A stretch of DNA of 64,000 nt. It comes from Octopus sinensis. Taxonomy: Eukaryota. Position numbers and translations under genes: made by a program. The notes below the pieces were generated by a model, which made no database searches, had not been told where the DNA came from, and saw only the letters and a program-made list of their open reading frames with translations. Of this stretch, positions 1 through 13,492 are shown piece by piece (within the stretch, counting starts at the first letter, position 1; every line of letters starts with the position of its first letter). The DNA lies in NCBI RefSeq assembly GCF_006345805.1, contig NC_042997.1, forward strand, positions 181,784,001 to 181,848,000. The letters run 5' to 3'.

Positions 1-190
1 TCAAATTTTGGCGCAAGTTCAACAATTTCGGGGCGGATGTAAGTCGATTGCGTCGACCCTATTACTCAACTGGTACATGTTTTATCGACCCCGACAGGAT
101 GAAAGGCAAGGTCGAATTCGGAACGTGAAGACGAACGAAATGCCGCTAAGCTTTTTGCTCGGTGTGCTAACGATTCTGCTATCTCGCTAC
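1..190 (-). mobile_element. tRNA-headed SINE, family B (partial)
   Basis: Reverse complement of the GGCGGTGAGCTGGCAGAA...TTAGCAC...GCCTTTCATCCTTTCGGGGTCGAT repeat seen more than 15 times in the window. Confidence 0.8.
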
Positions 191-639
191 CTTAATATAT
201 GTTATATATTAATATATGAAACAAACCTTCTGCTCTAATTATCGATGTTCCGTTTATTCTTTGCTAATGAACGATAGATAAGGAATACCAAGAATCTTTG
301 CATGAAATTTCACATAAGCAACGAAAAAAAGATGCGGGTTTGATTTGAACCTGGGACCATAGTGTGCTGTCATTTGATCTAACACAATATGAACATGTAC
401 TTTCTACAGAGAAAGTAACTCTGACCTGAAAGTAACACTGGGTTTACAGACTATTTGATTCAAGAAGACTTATTCTTAACATTAAAATATACCAAATTCA
501 GAAACAGGACAATACACTGCGAAAATAAACGACAACGAACAAAAAAAACAAAAAACAAAAAAAAAAAACAGACAATTAAAATTCAAACGGCAAAAATAAA
601 AAAATATATACAAAGACTCGTTAAACACTAAGAAAATCA

Positions 640-2450
640 ATAATGAAGACGCACCCGCAAGAGATAAAAGAAACAGCGAAACACAGGATTAAACTCCATC
701 ATACAGAATTCTAATCAACAAAGCTGAAAATTAGGCTGTAAAATAGAGGTGAATACAAGAAAGCTTTAAGAATAGAAAAACCTAAAGTTGGAATGGTTGA
801 TAATGAAATAATTAAAGAATTGAAATTGATAGATCTTCTTACAGACCAACTCCCTTCACGCGAAACTTTAAAAATAAGAGAAACAACAATGCTAAATAAA
901 AACAAACCAACAAAAATAAACGCCATCTTGGACATCGTAAATGTATTGAAAATGGATACAAGCATCAATATCAGCATGATAAATAAAATAATCTATCACA
1001 GCCATAGGAGTTAGAGAATGAAGTGAGTACTTCCTCAAAACTTCTGCTATTTGGCCATTCAACTTTAAGAAAATGAATTGGAAAACAAATGTATAGAGAA
1101 CGATAGCCGAATAGCAAGTTATCTGTCAATTCATAACGAAATCAACAAGAAAATGACAGAAATTAAAAAAGATTGGTACAGGAAGAGAACATAAAGAAAC
1201 AGCTAAAACAAGAGATATTCAACTCGCTAAATCGCAAAGAGTTGATGTAAAATAAAAAGTGACAAGACTTTTTATGAGCAAAACAAACACTTTGACTCTT
1301 TGCCAAACGAGTTTATGTAGATCAAGGTAAACAGATAACAGGAATTAGTGCGTACCGCCAACTTCAAAAAAGAGTTGTTTTTTAAAAAAACACGCATTGC
1401 GGATATATCACAGATAGTGAGAATGACAAAACAAGTACAGCAGTTGAAAGATCGGGGGGAGGGGAATAGCAACCCAAGATGTAGTCCAGATACCAAGGGA
1501 CAAGCACTATAAAATAATAAACTCAAAATCTTCATGCAAAAATATCTAACAGATATGCATAAAGTATTTGCAAAGACAGCTAATGATATACTGAAAGTTA
1601 CAGAGGCAACATATATGTTTAACCAAGAGAAAAGGTCCAATCTTCTAAACGCTAAGAGGTCAACAAATCTTTCAAACTGGAATGTCCAACACACATTCAG
1701 AAAATTGATTTCTCCTTTACGTTTTTAGTCAAAAGTGTAAACGGTATCCATGATCCGCTAGAGAGCCTCTAATAATGGTGGGTGAGAGAGAGAGGAAGAT
1801 ATCCTCAAACCGGAAGCATGGCTCGAATGCATGCAGCAGAATGGACTACACTAAAGGCACCCAAGGTACCAGGCGATAGTGTTAAACTATGCGACAGGTA
1901 AAGCCTACCATCTGAGTAGGCCCTGGCGGAATTTGAGCTCAGAATGTATAGAGCGGGGTCAAGTATCACAAGACTGCCGATCCGCCAATCCACCACTTTT
2001 TAGATCGCTTCTTCTAGACGACGAAAGGCAAAGTTGAATTTTGAAAGTCAGAACAAATACCAAGAAGTATTCTATTCGATTTTCTAACGACTTTCACTCG
2101 ACGCTCATGTTTAATGGCTTATTCAAATGAGGAAGGGTAGCACCGATGAAATTTTTATTAAGGTTTTCGAAATTAGTAAAAAAGAAGGTAGGGATTTTTT
2201 TCAGACTGGTTACCTAGTCCAAATGTTTGCGGAAGAGTGGACTTCGCTAAAAACATGTTATATGCCATGTAATGGTGTTAAAATAGGCTATGGGTTAAGT
2301 CTGATAAATAAGGCTAAGAAGTTTCTGAGCATAGAATAAGTATAATATGAAAAGGCTTTTGACGTTGTTTCTCATTTGTGGATTCTGGAAACATCAACTT
2401 ACCATAGATGACATCAATAACAAGCAGGTAAGATGATAAAATATCATGAT
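640..2450 (+). mobile_element. Decayed R4/Dong-like non-LTR retrotransposon, N-terminal region to RT
   Basis: Broken frames give KYLTDMHKVFAKTANDIL, FAEE.. and YEKAFDVVSHLWILE (RT motif DYxKAFDSVxHxW); many stops, and interrupted around 1750-2130. Confidence 0.7.
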
Positions 2451-2895
2451 TGTACAAAAAACAATTTTGCTGATTAAAAAAAGCAAAAACAATGGTGAAT
2501 TATATCAACGAAACTCATCTTTATTAGAAAGCTTCTAAATTAAAGCGACTGGTTTCTACACTTACATTTTCTTTGGCATTAAGACAACAATATGCTATAC
2601 ATATGCTAAGGCATAAAAATTAATCATTTTCTTTCATTGCTAATGACGAACTGTAAATTCTGAACGAATTCAGTAGTACCAATTCAACCTCCAAATTAAG
2701 AAAAATAGCTAAAACCATCAATATCGTGTCAGAAGAAAACAACAGATATAAAAAAAAATTAGGCCAAACGCAAACTTATTTATTCTTGTTAAAGTCGACA
2801 TTACCATTCATCTTCTCGAGGTCGATAAATTAAATGCCAGACAGTTGCTGGGAACGGTTTCATGCAGTGATGCCTTTCTTGAAATTACTGGACCA

Positions 2896-3310
2896 GGCAG
2901 GTATGACTGTGGTTAAGAAGCTCATTTTGCAACGCAAGCGCGTGGCTACAGGTTCAGTCCCACAGTCCAGCACTTTAGCAAAGTGTCTTCTACAAAAGCT
3001 TCAGGCTGACCAATGCCTTGTGTATGAATTTGGTTGACGGAAACACTGTGGAACTTTTTTCGTATGTGTGTGTTTGTGTGTGTATGTGTATATGTATTGT
3101 CTGTGTTTGTTACTTCCTCAACTATCTGTCAACCAGTGTTAGTATTTTTTCGTCTTGTAACATAGTGGTTCGGCAAAAAAAAAAAAATGACATAATATAT
3201 TGTATACAATTTAAAAAAAACCCTAAATGCTGAGGTCGATTTGTTTGACTAAAACTCCTGAAGACGGTACCCATCATGGCTACAATGCAATGACTGAAAC
3301 AAATAAAAGA
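2896..3310 (+). mobile_element. tRNA-headed SINE, family A (diverged)
   Basis: Head similar to GGCGCAGGCATGGCTGTGTGGTAAG, B box GGTTCAGTCC, internal (TG)n, 3' GACTGAAACAAATAAAAGA. Confidence 0.8.
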
Positions 3311-3944
3311 TATAATCCCTCAAATCTGAGCAATGAAATCACGCATACAGAAACGTATATACTAAAAACAGGATAAAAGTAACTGAAGGTGCTGTGCACT
3401 AATAGAAATTATACAATGTAATTTGCAATTTCGCTTAAGTTGTATTTTGCAGGAAGAAGAGAAATATGAGGTTTATTATGACAACTAACTGATTGTCCTA
3501 TATTATATATATACATATTCTCAATGCTAATATCGAGTCGAACTCATTGTCTATTGAAACGTATATACAGAATTATGTTACATATTCCCAGCTGACACTC
3601 TGTCTCTACTAGTAAAACCGTACTGGTAAACTTTTAACTGCAGCGTCATCAGGAGAAACCCTTAGAAAGAATGGAAACAAATTTATTTCTGTAAATAGAT
3701 ACCGCTACCCGACCATTGAGCTATGTATTATTTACAATTGGTAGCGCAAACGTTCGAAATATCTTATGTTCTGTTTCCGTGTAAACCTCATATGTCCGTA
3801 TGAGTGTGAATTGTGTGTGAGTTGAAATCGTGCATATGTTAAATGGCAAAAGAATATTTTGACACCCATGTGAAGCAGAATGTATTTAGTTAAAACATGA
3901 AACCATTATTGTTAAAACAATTAAGCAGTCTGCTACTGATTTCA

Positions 3945-4160
3945 AATTTTGGCTCAAGGCCAGCAGTTTCAGTTGAGTAGGTAGGCAGATGACATCGATC
4001 TCAGTAATTAACTGGTACTTATTTTATCAACCACGAGAGAATGAAAGACCACCTCAGCGGAATTTGAACTCGGAACGAAAGACAGATAGAACACCACAAA
4101 GCATGCTAATAATTAGCCCAGCGTGCAAATAATTCTTCTAGCTCAACATCTTAGGCGATT
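3945..4160 (-). mobile_element. SINE family B
   Basis: Diverged reverse-strand match to family B. Confidence 0.7.
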
Positions 4161-4247
4161 TGATATTGGGGCCGATTCGATCAGCCGTGTCCTTCCCCGA
4201 TTTAATTCATGTAAATTGTGGTCTGGTACCAATGTAACGTACTGAGT

Positions 4248-4324
4248 TTAATGGTACTGAACTGATAACTTGAATGGAGAGTAAATTAATGGTACTGAAC
4301 TGACAGATTGAATGGAGAGTAAAT
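4248..4324. repeat. 38-bp tandem duplication
   Basis: TTAATGGTACTGAACTGA...TGAATGGAGAGTAAA occurs at 4248 and 4286. Confidence 0.85.
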
Positions 4325-4556
4325 ATTGTGACTGAGAAAAAGCCGAGTGGTTGTTAGTTCGTAGCTTGTCTTAGTCACTGTCCTATGTCTGTGACCATGA
4401 CAGGCGAATAAAGAAGCACATGGAATTACCAAAAGGGAGAGTGTGTACACAGTAACTTTGTGTATCGACAGTACAGTATAAGGATGTTTATTAAGCATCT
4501 CTCGTGAACGACGTTATTTTCCTAATGAAGATAATTTTAAACAACACATATCCACA

Positions 4557-4940
4557 GGCGCAGGCATGGCTGTGAGGTAAGAAGCTTGCTTCCCAACCAT
4601 CTGATTCCAGGTTCAGTCCCACTGCGTGGCACCTTAGGCGAGTGTTTTCTACAATAGCCTCGGGCCGACCAAAGCCTTGTGAATAGAAACTGAATGAATC
4701 CCGTCGTATGTGTGTGTGTGTGTGTGTTTCCTTGTGTCTGCATTTGTCCCTCCACCACCGCCTGACAACTGGTATTGGTTTGGTTATGTCCCAGTAACTT
4801 AGCGATGCGGCAAAAGCACCGATAGAGTAAGTACCTGGCTTTTAAAAAAATATGACCTGGAGTTGATTTGCTGGACTAAAAACTCTTCAAGAGCGTGCCC
4901 CAGCATGGCCGCAGTCAAATGACTGAAACAAGTAAAAAAT
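4557..4940 (+). mobile_element. SINE family A, near full length
   Basis: GGCGCAGGCATGGCTGTGAGGTAAG head with A and B boxes, conserved body, GACTGAAACAAGTAAAA tail. Confidence 0.9.
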
Positions 4941-5680
4941 CCGAAAACAACAACTAAACCTAAGGCAAACATCGGAAACAACCCCACTTGTGTGTATTAT
5001 ATTTTCTTTTCTAATTCTTGTAATGACATTCTCTCAACCACATTCTTCTTTGTAAATTCCTCAATTCTAACTGAAACATTTATAGAATTAAAAAAAACAA
5101 CAAACATCTGTTGTTCCTGCCCGCAACTTCCTTTTAGCACTTCTCAGATTCACTGAATGTTATTGATAGTCGAGAACAACAATGACAATAAAAATAACGG
5201 CAATCAGATTTGTCTCTAACGTTAATTTGTATATACTTATATCGAATATCTCTGTATGAGAGCATATGTACACGTATTTGTTTGTGTATGTATGTATGTA
5301 TGTGTGTCTGCGTGATTGTGGTGTATGAGCATATATATGTATGTGTGTGTGTGTTTCTTTACAAAATGAACAAAAGTAATAACGTTCTCAAAATCTTTTG
5401 CAGGTTTCCTGAATTTCTTTCACCGGATGTGTTAGTAAAAACCTTTACTCCTACACAACATTTGTTGAATATCATATCGACAGCTAACTGAAGTTAACAC
5501 TCGGCATCTAGTCAATAGGCGCAGACATGGCTGCGTAATTTAGAAGACAGCTTCTTAACTATGCTATTTTAAGTCTTAACTCAGTGCACAGCACCATGGT
5601 TAGGTTTTTCTAGCATAAATTGATTTTGACCATTGCCCTGTCAGTAGAGTTTGGTAGACAGAGTCTATACAGAAGTGGTT

Positions 5681-5733
5681 GTACACACACACGCACACCC
5701 ACCCATACAACCCCCCATATACACACACACACG

Positions 5734-5806
<73 letters not shown>
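5681..5806. repeat. (CA)n microsatellite, representative of dozens of (CA)n, (TA)n, (GA)n, (TACA)n and (CAG)n tracts
   Basis: Direct reading. Confidence 0.95.
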
Positions 5807-5809
<3 letters not shown>

Positions 5810-6162
5810 AGAACGAATATATAGTGCGTGTGTTTCTTTGGAAAGAAAATCACCGTCCTGAAATAAAACAATATATATATGTATATATATCCGAGCGTTA
5901 TACTAATACATCTGTTTGTTGTCTACACTACCTGTTTTCGTCTTTTGCTGTTTTTTTTGTGAATGCTCCCCTATATATATATATGCATATATACATGGGT
6001 TGGACAAAATAATGGAAGCGTCTTAAAATTTCAATCAAATGTATTTTAATATGGGGCAAGACCGCCTTTGGCAGTAATTACAGTATTATATCTCCGCTTG
6101 TATAATATACTATGTTTCTTACTATTGACCATATTCTCATTATCAATATTGCTATTTTTCAA

Positions 6163-6400
6163 GGCGGTGAGCTGCTAGAAACGTTAGCATGCCGGGCGAA
6201 ATGTTTAGCGTTATTTTGTCTGTCTTTACGTTCTGAGCTCAAATTCCGCCGAGGTCAACTTTGCCTTTCATCCTTTCGGGGTCGATTAAATAAGTAACAA
6301 TTACGCACTAGGGTCGATGTAATCGACTTAATCCCGTTGTCTGTCCTCGTTTGTCTCCTCTATGTTTAGCCCCCCCCCCACCTCTGTGGGCGAGAAATAA
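6163..6400 (+). mobile_element. SINE family B
   Basis: GGCGGTGAGCTGCTAGAAACGTTAGC head, B box GAGCTCAAATTCC. Confidence 0.9.
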
Positions 6401-6419
6401 ATAAATATTACTATTATTA

Positions 6420-7150
6420 TTGTAATCATTAATAATAACTATATTGTTTTTATTTTTCTTTAGTTTATTATGTTGCCTTTTATTATTATTCATATTTTTG
6501 CTGTTACAATTATTATTAGGATTACCTGTTATATTATTAAGGTCTTCGTAATAATTAAAGAATTTTATATTAGAATAGTATCCCGCTTCTTTTAATGCCT
6601 TATTATAATATGGGGCATGTTTATTAAAAGTGTCATAATCAAAGGATAGCATAGATATTCTTTTGCCTATATTATCTATTAACGCTTCTTTAACTGATCT
6701 CGGATGGCTACTTAAAGAACTAATATACATAAAATATTCATTCAGCTTATGGAATGAATGGATCTTATTAGTGACAAGATTAAGGATGACGTCTAGGTAA
6801 TTTACTGCATAGTGTTCTTCCCCATAGATATCCCTAGGCCATAATTCTTAAAGAGCTTGTACATTTTCTTCTTTAGGCATTCTAATGACCTATTAGTACA
6901 GTTCCTGGTTATAAGTAGTTGGTCGTCCTTATAAAGACCACCATCTATATTCGTAAATTCTATCTCTAGTCTAGATAAAAGATATAAGTTGCTGAGGGGC
7001 TTGTTATGTCAAATAAGGGTATTTTTTGAATTTGATGTTTTTCACCATATTCCATAATTTCTCCTCGAAGCCCTGCATGGTTCTAACATTGGGAAGTTCC
7101 TGCTTAGATTTGAAGTTTCTTTTAATATAGTCTACCGCACCCACCAAGTA
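6420..7150 (-). mobile_element. Penelope-like element RT fragment, internally deleted
   Basis: Minus frames give FEEKLWNMVKNIKFK joined almost directly to GGLYKDDQL..KKKMYKLFKNYGL, then YLDVILNL and YISSLSSHPRSVKEA..KRISMLS..PYYNKALKEAGY (PLE RT core and thumb). Confidence 0.8.
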
Positions 7151-7164
7151 AAACACTAAAAATA

Positions 7165-7304
7165 TAGTGGCTGTGCGGTAAGTAGCTTGCTTACCAACCA
7201 CATAGTTCCGGGTTCAGTCCCACTGCTGGCACCTTGGGCAAGTGTCTTCTACTATAGCCTCGGGTCAAGTGGATTTGGTAGACGGAAACTGAAAGAAGCC
7301 CGTC

Positions 7305-7346
<42 letters not shown>

Positions 7347-7527
7347 TTGTATGTCTTTGTTTGTCCCCAACATCGCTTGACAACCGATGCTGGTATGTTC
7401 ACGTCCCCATAACTTAGCGGTTCGGCCTAAGAGACCGATAGAATAAGTACTAGGCTTACAAAGAATAAGTCCTGGGGTCGATTTGTTCGACTAAACGCGG
7501 TGCTCCAGCATGGCCTCAGTCAAATGC
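7165..7527 (+). mobile_element. SINE family A
   Basis: High similarity to the 4557, 42133 and 47668 copies; internal (TA)n. Confidence 0.9.
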
Positions 7528-8160
7528 TTTTTTTTAATATCCAATTAACTTGAACGCTTCTGCAAAAGTGATAAGAAAATAAATACCAGATTTTAAAAAA
7601 ATAAACTCTGGTGCGATTCGTTCGACTTAACTTGGATCACCGTCTTTAGTCGATAAAATCGACCCCAAGACTTGTTGCATGGCTGCAATCCAATGACTGA
7701 AAAATTATGAGAGAAAAGACAAAAGATATATGCTTTTATGACCAAACTCCTTTTGTACCCATATCTCTAGATCTCGAAGAAAGAAAACTACACGGATATC
7801 TCAGCATTAGTTTGTATAAGTTATTCACGAAACAAATTAATGATTGTCTTAATAAATCGACAATACGTTTACATATGTTATGTTAATAAAGTCTGGAGAT
7901 AAACGATGACACCGAGAAGAGGTTGGTTATGGCTTATTTATGAAGAACACGAGTAACAGGCACTGATTTTATTTATATATCATTATATTCACTAGAAGCG
8001 TGTATTAGAGTATTGAGATAGGATTATTATTAATATTTATCTTGTCATTGCTGCGTTTCAATGAATTAAAAATGAGTATTACATAAACATTACATTACGA
8101 TTGCCTTTCTAAATTGAATATTAAATTTAAAATATGGCAGTATTTGGTTTTGTATTTATG

Positions 8161-8232
<72 letters not shown>

Positions 8233-9165
8233 GTGTGTGTGTGTGTTCGTGCATGTGTGCCGAACTCCGAAGACAAACTCAGAAAATGATGCCATAATGC
8301 TGCTTTTAATGTGAGGAAAAGCTCACATTGCGTCAGTCATTTCTTAAGGAAAGCCTGAACATCACAAAATGTCTTTCTATTTCTCATTAAAAATTTTAGG
8401 TATTTCGTTTCGATAAGCAACAAAAAAAAATATTTGGAATGTGTCTAGGACTGCATCAGAGGCATTAAATACATTGAAAGTCAGCGTTATAAATTAAGCT
8501 TCAGAGTAGATAAAGCTATCTCGAATTGGATTTATATATAGAAGTAAGGCACCTGAAATCATTCACGAAATACACCGATCGAAGCGTAAAATATTGAAAA
8601 CGAACAGAAAAATTAAGATCGATTGAAAATGTTCACACAATTATACGCATTGTTTCCTTTTGGAAACTAATTGTGAAACAAGATCCATAAATTCATACAA
8701 TCGATATAAAATTTCCTCTAGGAAATAATCTTCCATTATAATACATATATGCTACGCTACTATTATGTCAAGCTATGCATAACACTGTTGCTGCAATCTT
8801 TTCATACAATCACGGTAATTAGGTCTGTTCGACTGGGGATAGCTTGAGGGTTATATAAGAACAAGAAAGGCTAATACATATACAGACACACATACACTCA
8901 GACACATAAACATACGCAAATATATATACTCAAACACTTACACACACACACACACACACACACAAATATACCGAGTCTGGCCCTAAAGCGATATTAAGTT
9001 TATCATCCATACAAAATGAATATTATTGGCTGCAACTCTAATATCTAAAGTGTTAATGCATAGACATAAAAACTCCTACATATCGTTGCACACATGTGTA
9101 TGTGTGTGTTTGTGGAGGGCGAAGTATGTTCAAGAACGTCTATGTGTGGGTGTATGTATATATAT

Positions 9166-9227
<62 letters not shown>

Positions 9228-9321
9228 AACATACGTATACATAAATGGAACATTTACGCAACCGTGCATAGAAATTAAGTGTAAAAGGGACACAATATAA
9301 TTAATTAATAGGTGTGTCAAT

Positions 9322-9740
9322 AGGTGCGGGGGTGGGTCTGTGGTAAGAAGTTTACTTCCCAACCACATGGTTCCGGGCTCAGTTCCCTTGCGTGGCACCT
9401 TGGGCAAGTGTCTCCTACTTTAGCATCGGGTCAACCAAAGACCCGATGCTAAAGTGGATTTGGTCGACGGAAACTGAAAGAAGTCCGTCCGCCTGTCCGT
9501 ATATGTGTGTGTGTGTGCAGGCGCGCGTGTGCGCGTACGTATGAGTGAGTTTATTTGTGTTTGTTCTCCATTACCGCTTCACAACCGGTGTTGGTGTATT
9601 TACGTCCCCGTAACTGAACGGTTCGGTAAAAGAGAGCCGACATAATTACCAGGCTTAAAAAAAAGTACTTTGATTAAAATTCTGCAAGGTGGTATTCCAA
9701 CATGGCCGCAGTCTAATGACTGAAACAAGTAAAAAAATAA
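9322..9740 (+). mobile_element. SINE family A
   Basis: Same head, body and tail as the other copies. Confidence 0.85.
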
Positions 9741-9804
9741 GATATAACTGCACGCTTATGAATGTGCGTATGAGTTTCTATGAATGCATGTAAACGCGCG
9801 CATG

Positions 9805-9839
<35 letters not shown>

Positions 9840-10576
9840 GCATCAGATGCGTAACTGTGTATAAAAATTACGTGTAAAACAGACATGATATGGTTAAATA
9901 GATTGGAATAGAATTTATTCAAATTTCAGCTCTGGATAATTTACATGCACATCACACACTCACACACATATGTACACATGTATGTATGTATGTTATGCGC
10001 ACGCACATTTCATAGTGAAAGTAAAGCTTTCATGTGGAGTGTAGTATAGGTGATAGAACCTATATTATAGGAACGAAGGTGGGGTGTTAATACAGGGAAT
10101 CGTAGGAGGGAGCATACTATTAGGTAAAGACAAGTATAGTACAGTTGAAGCTGTGAATTTAATTTCAAATTTAAATTAAACAATTAGATTTGTGGCGAAG
10201 ACTCAGGCTGTCTATGCTAAAGGTTATTTTTCGTAATTAAAGATGTCAGAGCGAGACAGAAGAGCAAAAGAAAAAAAAGCAGCTGGACATTTATGTAGTT
10301 ATTTAAATATTTATTGAATTATTTGCGTAAGAAATTAAACAAATTTTTTATTAGCTATGGTTACAAAAGTTAATGTAGCTATGTCCAAAGTTTTCAAATC
10401 GCTAAACAAAAAGAACTTTGTTAGTTGTAAGGGTGGTTTACAAATACGCATTTCAGCTATGTTTAAATAATCATACAAATAATGGAACGGAATTCAGTTG
10501 GTATTAAATTATAAATAAACAACTTGAAATTCCATTGGGAGTATTTAGATATTCCAAAATATCTATTCAAACAATG

Positions 10577-10646
<70 letters not shown>

Positions 10647-10647
10647 T

Positions 10648-11137
10648 AAGGTCACAGAAAACGAGAAAGTAACCATACTCTGGGATATGCCAATACACAC
10701 AGATAGAGAAATTAAGGCCAACAGACCAGATATAGTTGTCAGAGATCATGAAGAAAAAAATGCTTTCTAATTGATGTATCAATACCAGCAGATGACAACG
10801 TATCTCTAAAAGAAATGGAGAAACTCTCAAAACACAAAGACCTGGAAATAGAGGTAACTAGAATGTGGAATCTGAAAACAGAAACAATTCCTATCATAGT
10901 AGGTGCATTAGGCATGATAAAAAAATATTCAGACAAATACATAACAAAAACACCAGGACTTACAAACACATATAACATACAGAAAATTGCACTACTAGGC
11001 ACTGCACACATCCTACGCAGAACACTTTCAATACAGTAACCATCAGAGCATCACAACAAATCACAGCACATACCCAAGGCACACAGAGCTGCACTCGGTA
11101 GTGAAGTGAAAGCACGTTATAAAAATAAAACTACTGA
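10648..11137 (+). mobile_element. 5'-truncated R4/Dong-like element, family D1, copy a (RLE domain and 3' UTR), flanked by (AAT)n
   Basis: ILWDMPIHTDREIKANRPDIVV..CFLIDVSIP..KEMEKLSKHKDLEIE..ALLGTAHILRRTL; one 1-bp frameshift. Confidence 0.9.
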
Positions 11138-11140
11138 ATG

Positions 11141-11188
<48 letters not shown>

Positions 11189-11200
11189 GTAATAATAATA

Positions 11201-12769
11201 AAAAGCCATCTATTTTATATGGATGACTTAAAACTTTATGGTAAAGACAATAATGAACTTGAAGGCCTATTGCGCACCGTGAAAGCATTCAGCGATGACA
11301 TCGGGATGGAGTTTGGACTTGAGAAGTGTGCCAAGGCCACTTTCCAGAAAGGGAAAGTGAAAACCACAAATTCAGTCGTGTTAGATGTTGACACAGTTAT
11401 AAGAGAGCTTGAGCAAGAACAAACATACAAATATTTAGGGATAAATGAAGGCTCTGGTATTCAGCATGCAAGCATGAAAGAGAAAATCAGGAAGGAATGT
11501 TATAGGAGAGTTCGTGCAGTCCTGAAATCTGAACTAAATGCACGTAACAAGGTGTTAGCTATAAATTCCTTAGCAGTTCCAGTTGTTACTTATAGCTACA
11601 ATGTGTTGAACTGGAATATGAGTGAAGTAAAGAATATAGATGGAAACATACGCAAGCTGCTGAGTTGTAATAGGATGCACCACCCAAAGGCAGACGTAGA
11701 TCGCCTTTACCTTCCCAGAGCCCAAGGAGGTCGAGGCCTGATCCAATTTGAACTAGCTTACAAAACAACCACAATTGGACTGGCCAAATATCTCGAAATA
11801 TCGAATGACTGGATGCTAAAGCTCGTGGAAAATCACGAGAGACGAAAGAAGCTTCATTCTATCATAAAGGAAAGCAAAAGATTTGCTATTGATCTCGTGC
11901 AGGATACCCAAACTGAACAACCCGAGGGAAGTACGGCAACTATTGTTGCAAAGAAGGTGAAAATGATGGCAATGAAGAAAGCGCACGAGCAATTGGCTGA
12001 TAGGTGGGAGGAGAAACCTCTGCACGGCAAATATGTGACCCGCAGCAAACAAGCTGATGTTGACCAGAAGCAAACCCATCAGTGGCTACGGACCTCAGGG
12101 CTAAAAGCAGAGAGCGAAGGTTTCATCCTGGCTGCTCAAGATCAAAGCCTATTAACCCGGAACTACCAGGCCAATGTGATGAAAAATGGAGCAGACCCAA
12201 AATGCCGATTCTGCAACGACATGATTGAAACAGTGGACCACCTAATCTCTGGATGTAAAGTCTTAGCACCAGTGGAATATAAATTAAGACATGACAGAGT
12301 TGGCCAATATCTCCACTGGCTAATAAGTCGGCATTACAATATCAAAACTGCCGACAAGTGGTATAATCACCACCCTGAGGCTGTAACTGAAGGAGAAAAT
12401 GTAACCATTCTGTGGGACTTTCCAGTACATACAGACCGAACCATCAAGGCCAATAAACCAGATATTGTTGTGAAAGACCAAAACAATAAAGTTTGCTTAT
12501 TGATCGACATGAGCATCCCCTGTGATCATAATATCTCAGTGAAAGAGTTTGACAAGCTCAGAAAATATAAAGACCTACTCATTGAAATTGAGAAAATGTG
12601 GCATCTCAAGGCGTTTACAATACCAGTGATCGTAGAAGCACTAGGAATGATCAAGAAGGGAACCGAAAATTATATGAGAATGATCCCTGGCTTACCATCC
12701 CTGCAAGAAGTGCAAAAGATTGTCTTAACTGGTACATCACACGTATTGAGAAGAGCATTGTCGATGTGA
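11201..12769 (+). CDS. Open 522-codon frame of a 5'-truncated R4/Dong-like retrotransposon (family D2): RT C-terminus, thumb, CCHC zinc knuckle, restriction-like endonuclease
   Basis: YMDDLKLY, YKYLG, RLYLPRAQGGRGL, CRFC..HLISGC, KPDIVV..LLID..KLRKYKDL; the poly-Ile N-terminus in the ORF track is only the (AAT)n tract; 3' UTR runs to about 12938. Confidence 0.92.
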   Translation, partial: KSHLFYMDDLKLYGKDNNELEGLLRTVKAFSDDIGMEFGLEKCAKATFQKGKVKTTNSVVLDVDTVIRELEQEQTYKYLGINEGSGIQHASMKEKIRKECYRRVRAVLKSELNARNKVLAINSLAVPVVTYSYNVLNWNMSEVKNIDGNIRKLLSCNRMHHPKADVDRLYLPRAQGGRGLIQFELAYKTTTIGLAKYLEISNDWMLKLVENHERRKKLHSIIKESKRFAIDLVQDTQTEQPEGSTATIVAKKVKMMAMKKAHEQLADRWEEKPLHGKYVTRSKQADVDQKQTHQWLRTSGLKAESEGFILAAQDQSLLTRNYQANVMKNGADPKCRFCNDMIETVDHLISGCKVLAPVEYKLRHDRVGQYLHWLISRHYNIKTADKWYNHHPEAVTEGENVTILWDFPVHTDRTIKANKPDIVVKDQNNKVCLLIDMSIPCDHNISVKEFDKLRKYKDLLIEIEKMWHLKAFTIPVIVEALGMIKKGTENYMRMIPGLPSLQEVQKIVLTGTSHVLRRALSM

Positions 12770-12937
12770 GAACTGTTGCTGCTCATGTATTTTAATTTAA
12801 CTTAAAAAAAAAAAAAAATGAACGAACTACTGAGTTTGGTTTAATGGCCTACCAATGTATACTATGAGTTTCTTTGCCCTAGGAATCGGGAAGACACTCG
12901 GCAAGAAATGGAAGCAAATTTGAAAGAAGAAAAAAAA

Positions 12938-12970
<33 letters not shown>

Positions 12971-12981
12971 GTAATAATAAT

Positions 12982-13471
12982 AAGGTCACAGAAAACGAGA
13001 AAGTAACCATACTCTGGGATATGCCAATACACACAGATAGAGAAATTAAGACCAATAGACCAGATATAGTTGTCAGAGATCATGAAGAAAAAAAATGCTT
13101 TCTAATTGATGTATCAATACCAGCAGATGACAACATATCTCTAAAAGAAATGGAGAAACTTTCAAAACACAAATACCTGGAAATAGAGGTAACTAGAATG
13201 TGGAATCTGAAAACAGAAACAATTCCTATCATAGTAGGTGCATTAGGCATGATAAAAAATATTCAGACAAATACATAACAAAAACACCAGGACTTACAAA
13301 CACATATAACATACAGAAAATTGCACTACTAGGCACTGCACACATCCTACGCAGAACACTTTCCATACAATAACCATCAGAGCATCACAACAAATCACAG
13401 CACATACCCAAGGCACACAGAGCTGCGCTCGGTAGTGAAGTGAAAGCACGCTATAAAAATAAAACTACTGA
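12982..13471 (+). mobile_element. Family D1, copy b
   Basis: 490 bp, same start (AAGGTCACAG) and end (ACTACTGA) as 10648-11137, about 10 differences. Confidence 0.9.
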
Positions 13472-13492
13472 ATAATAATAATAATAATAATA

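Noticed and set aside
3620-3655. Minus-strand CUGAUGA
   Set aside because: No GAAA and no closing stems follow it.
5403-5491. Acceptor TTTTGCAG followed by FPEFLSPDVL..
   Set aside because: No strong donor and no recognisable homology.
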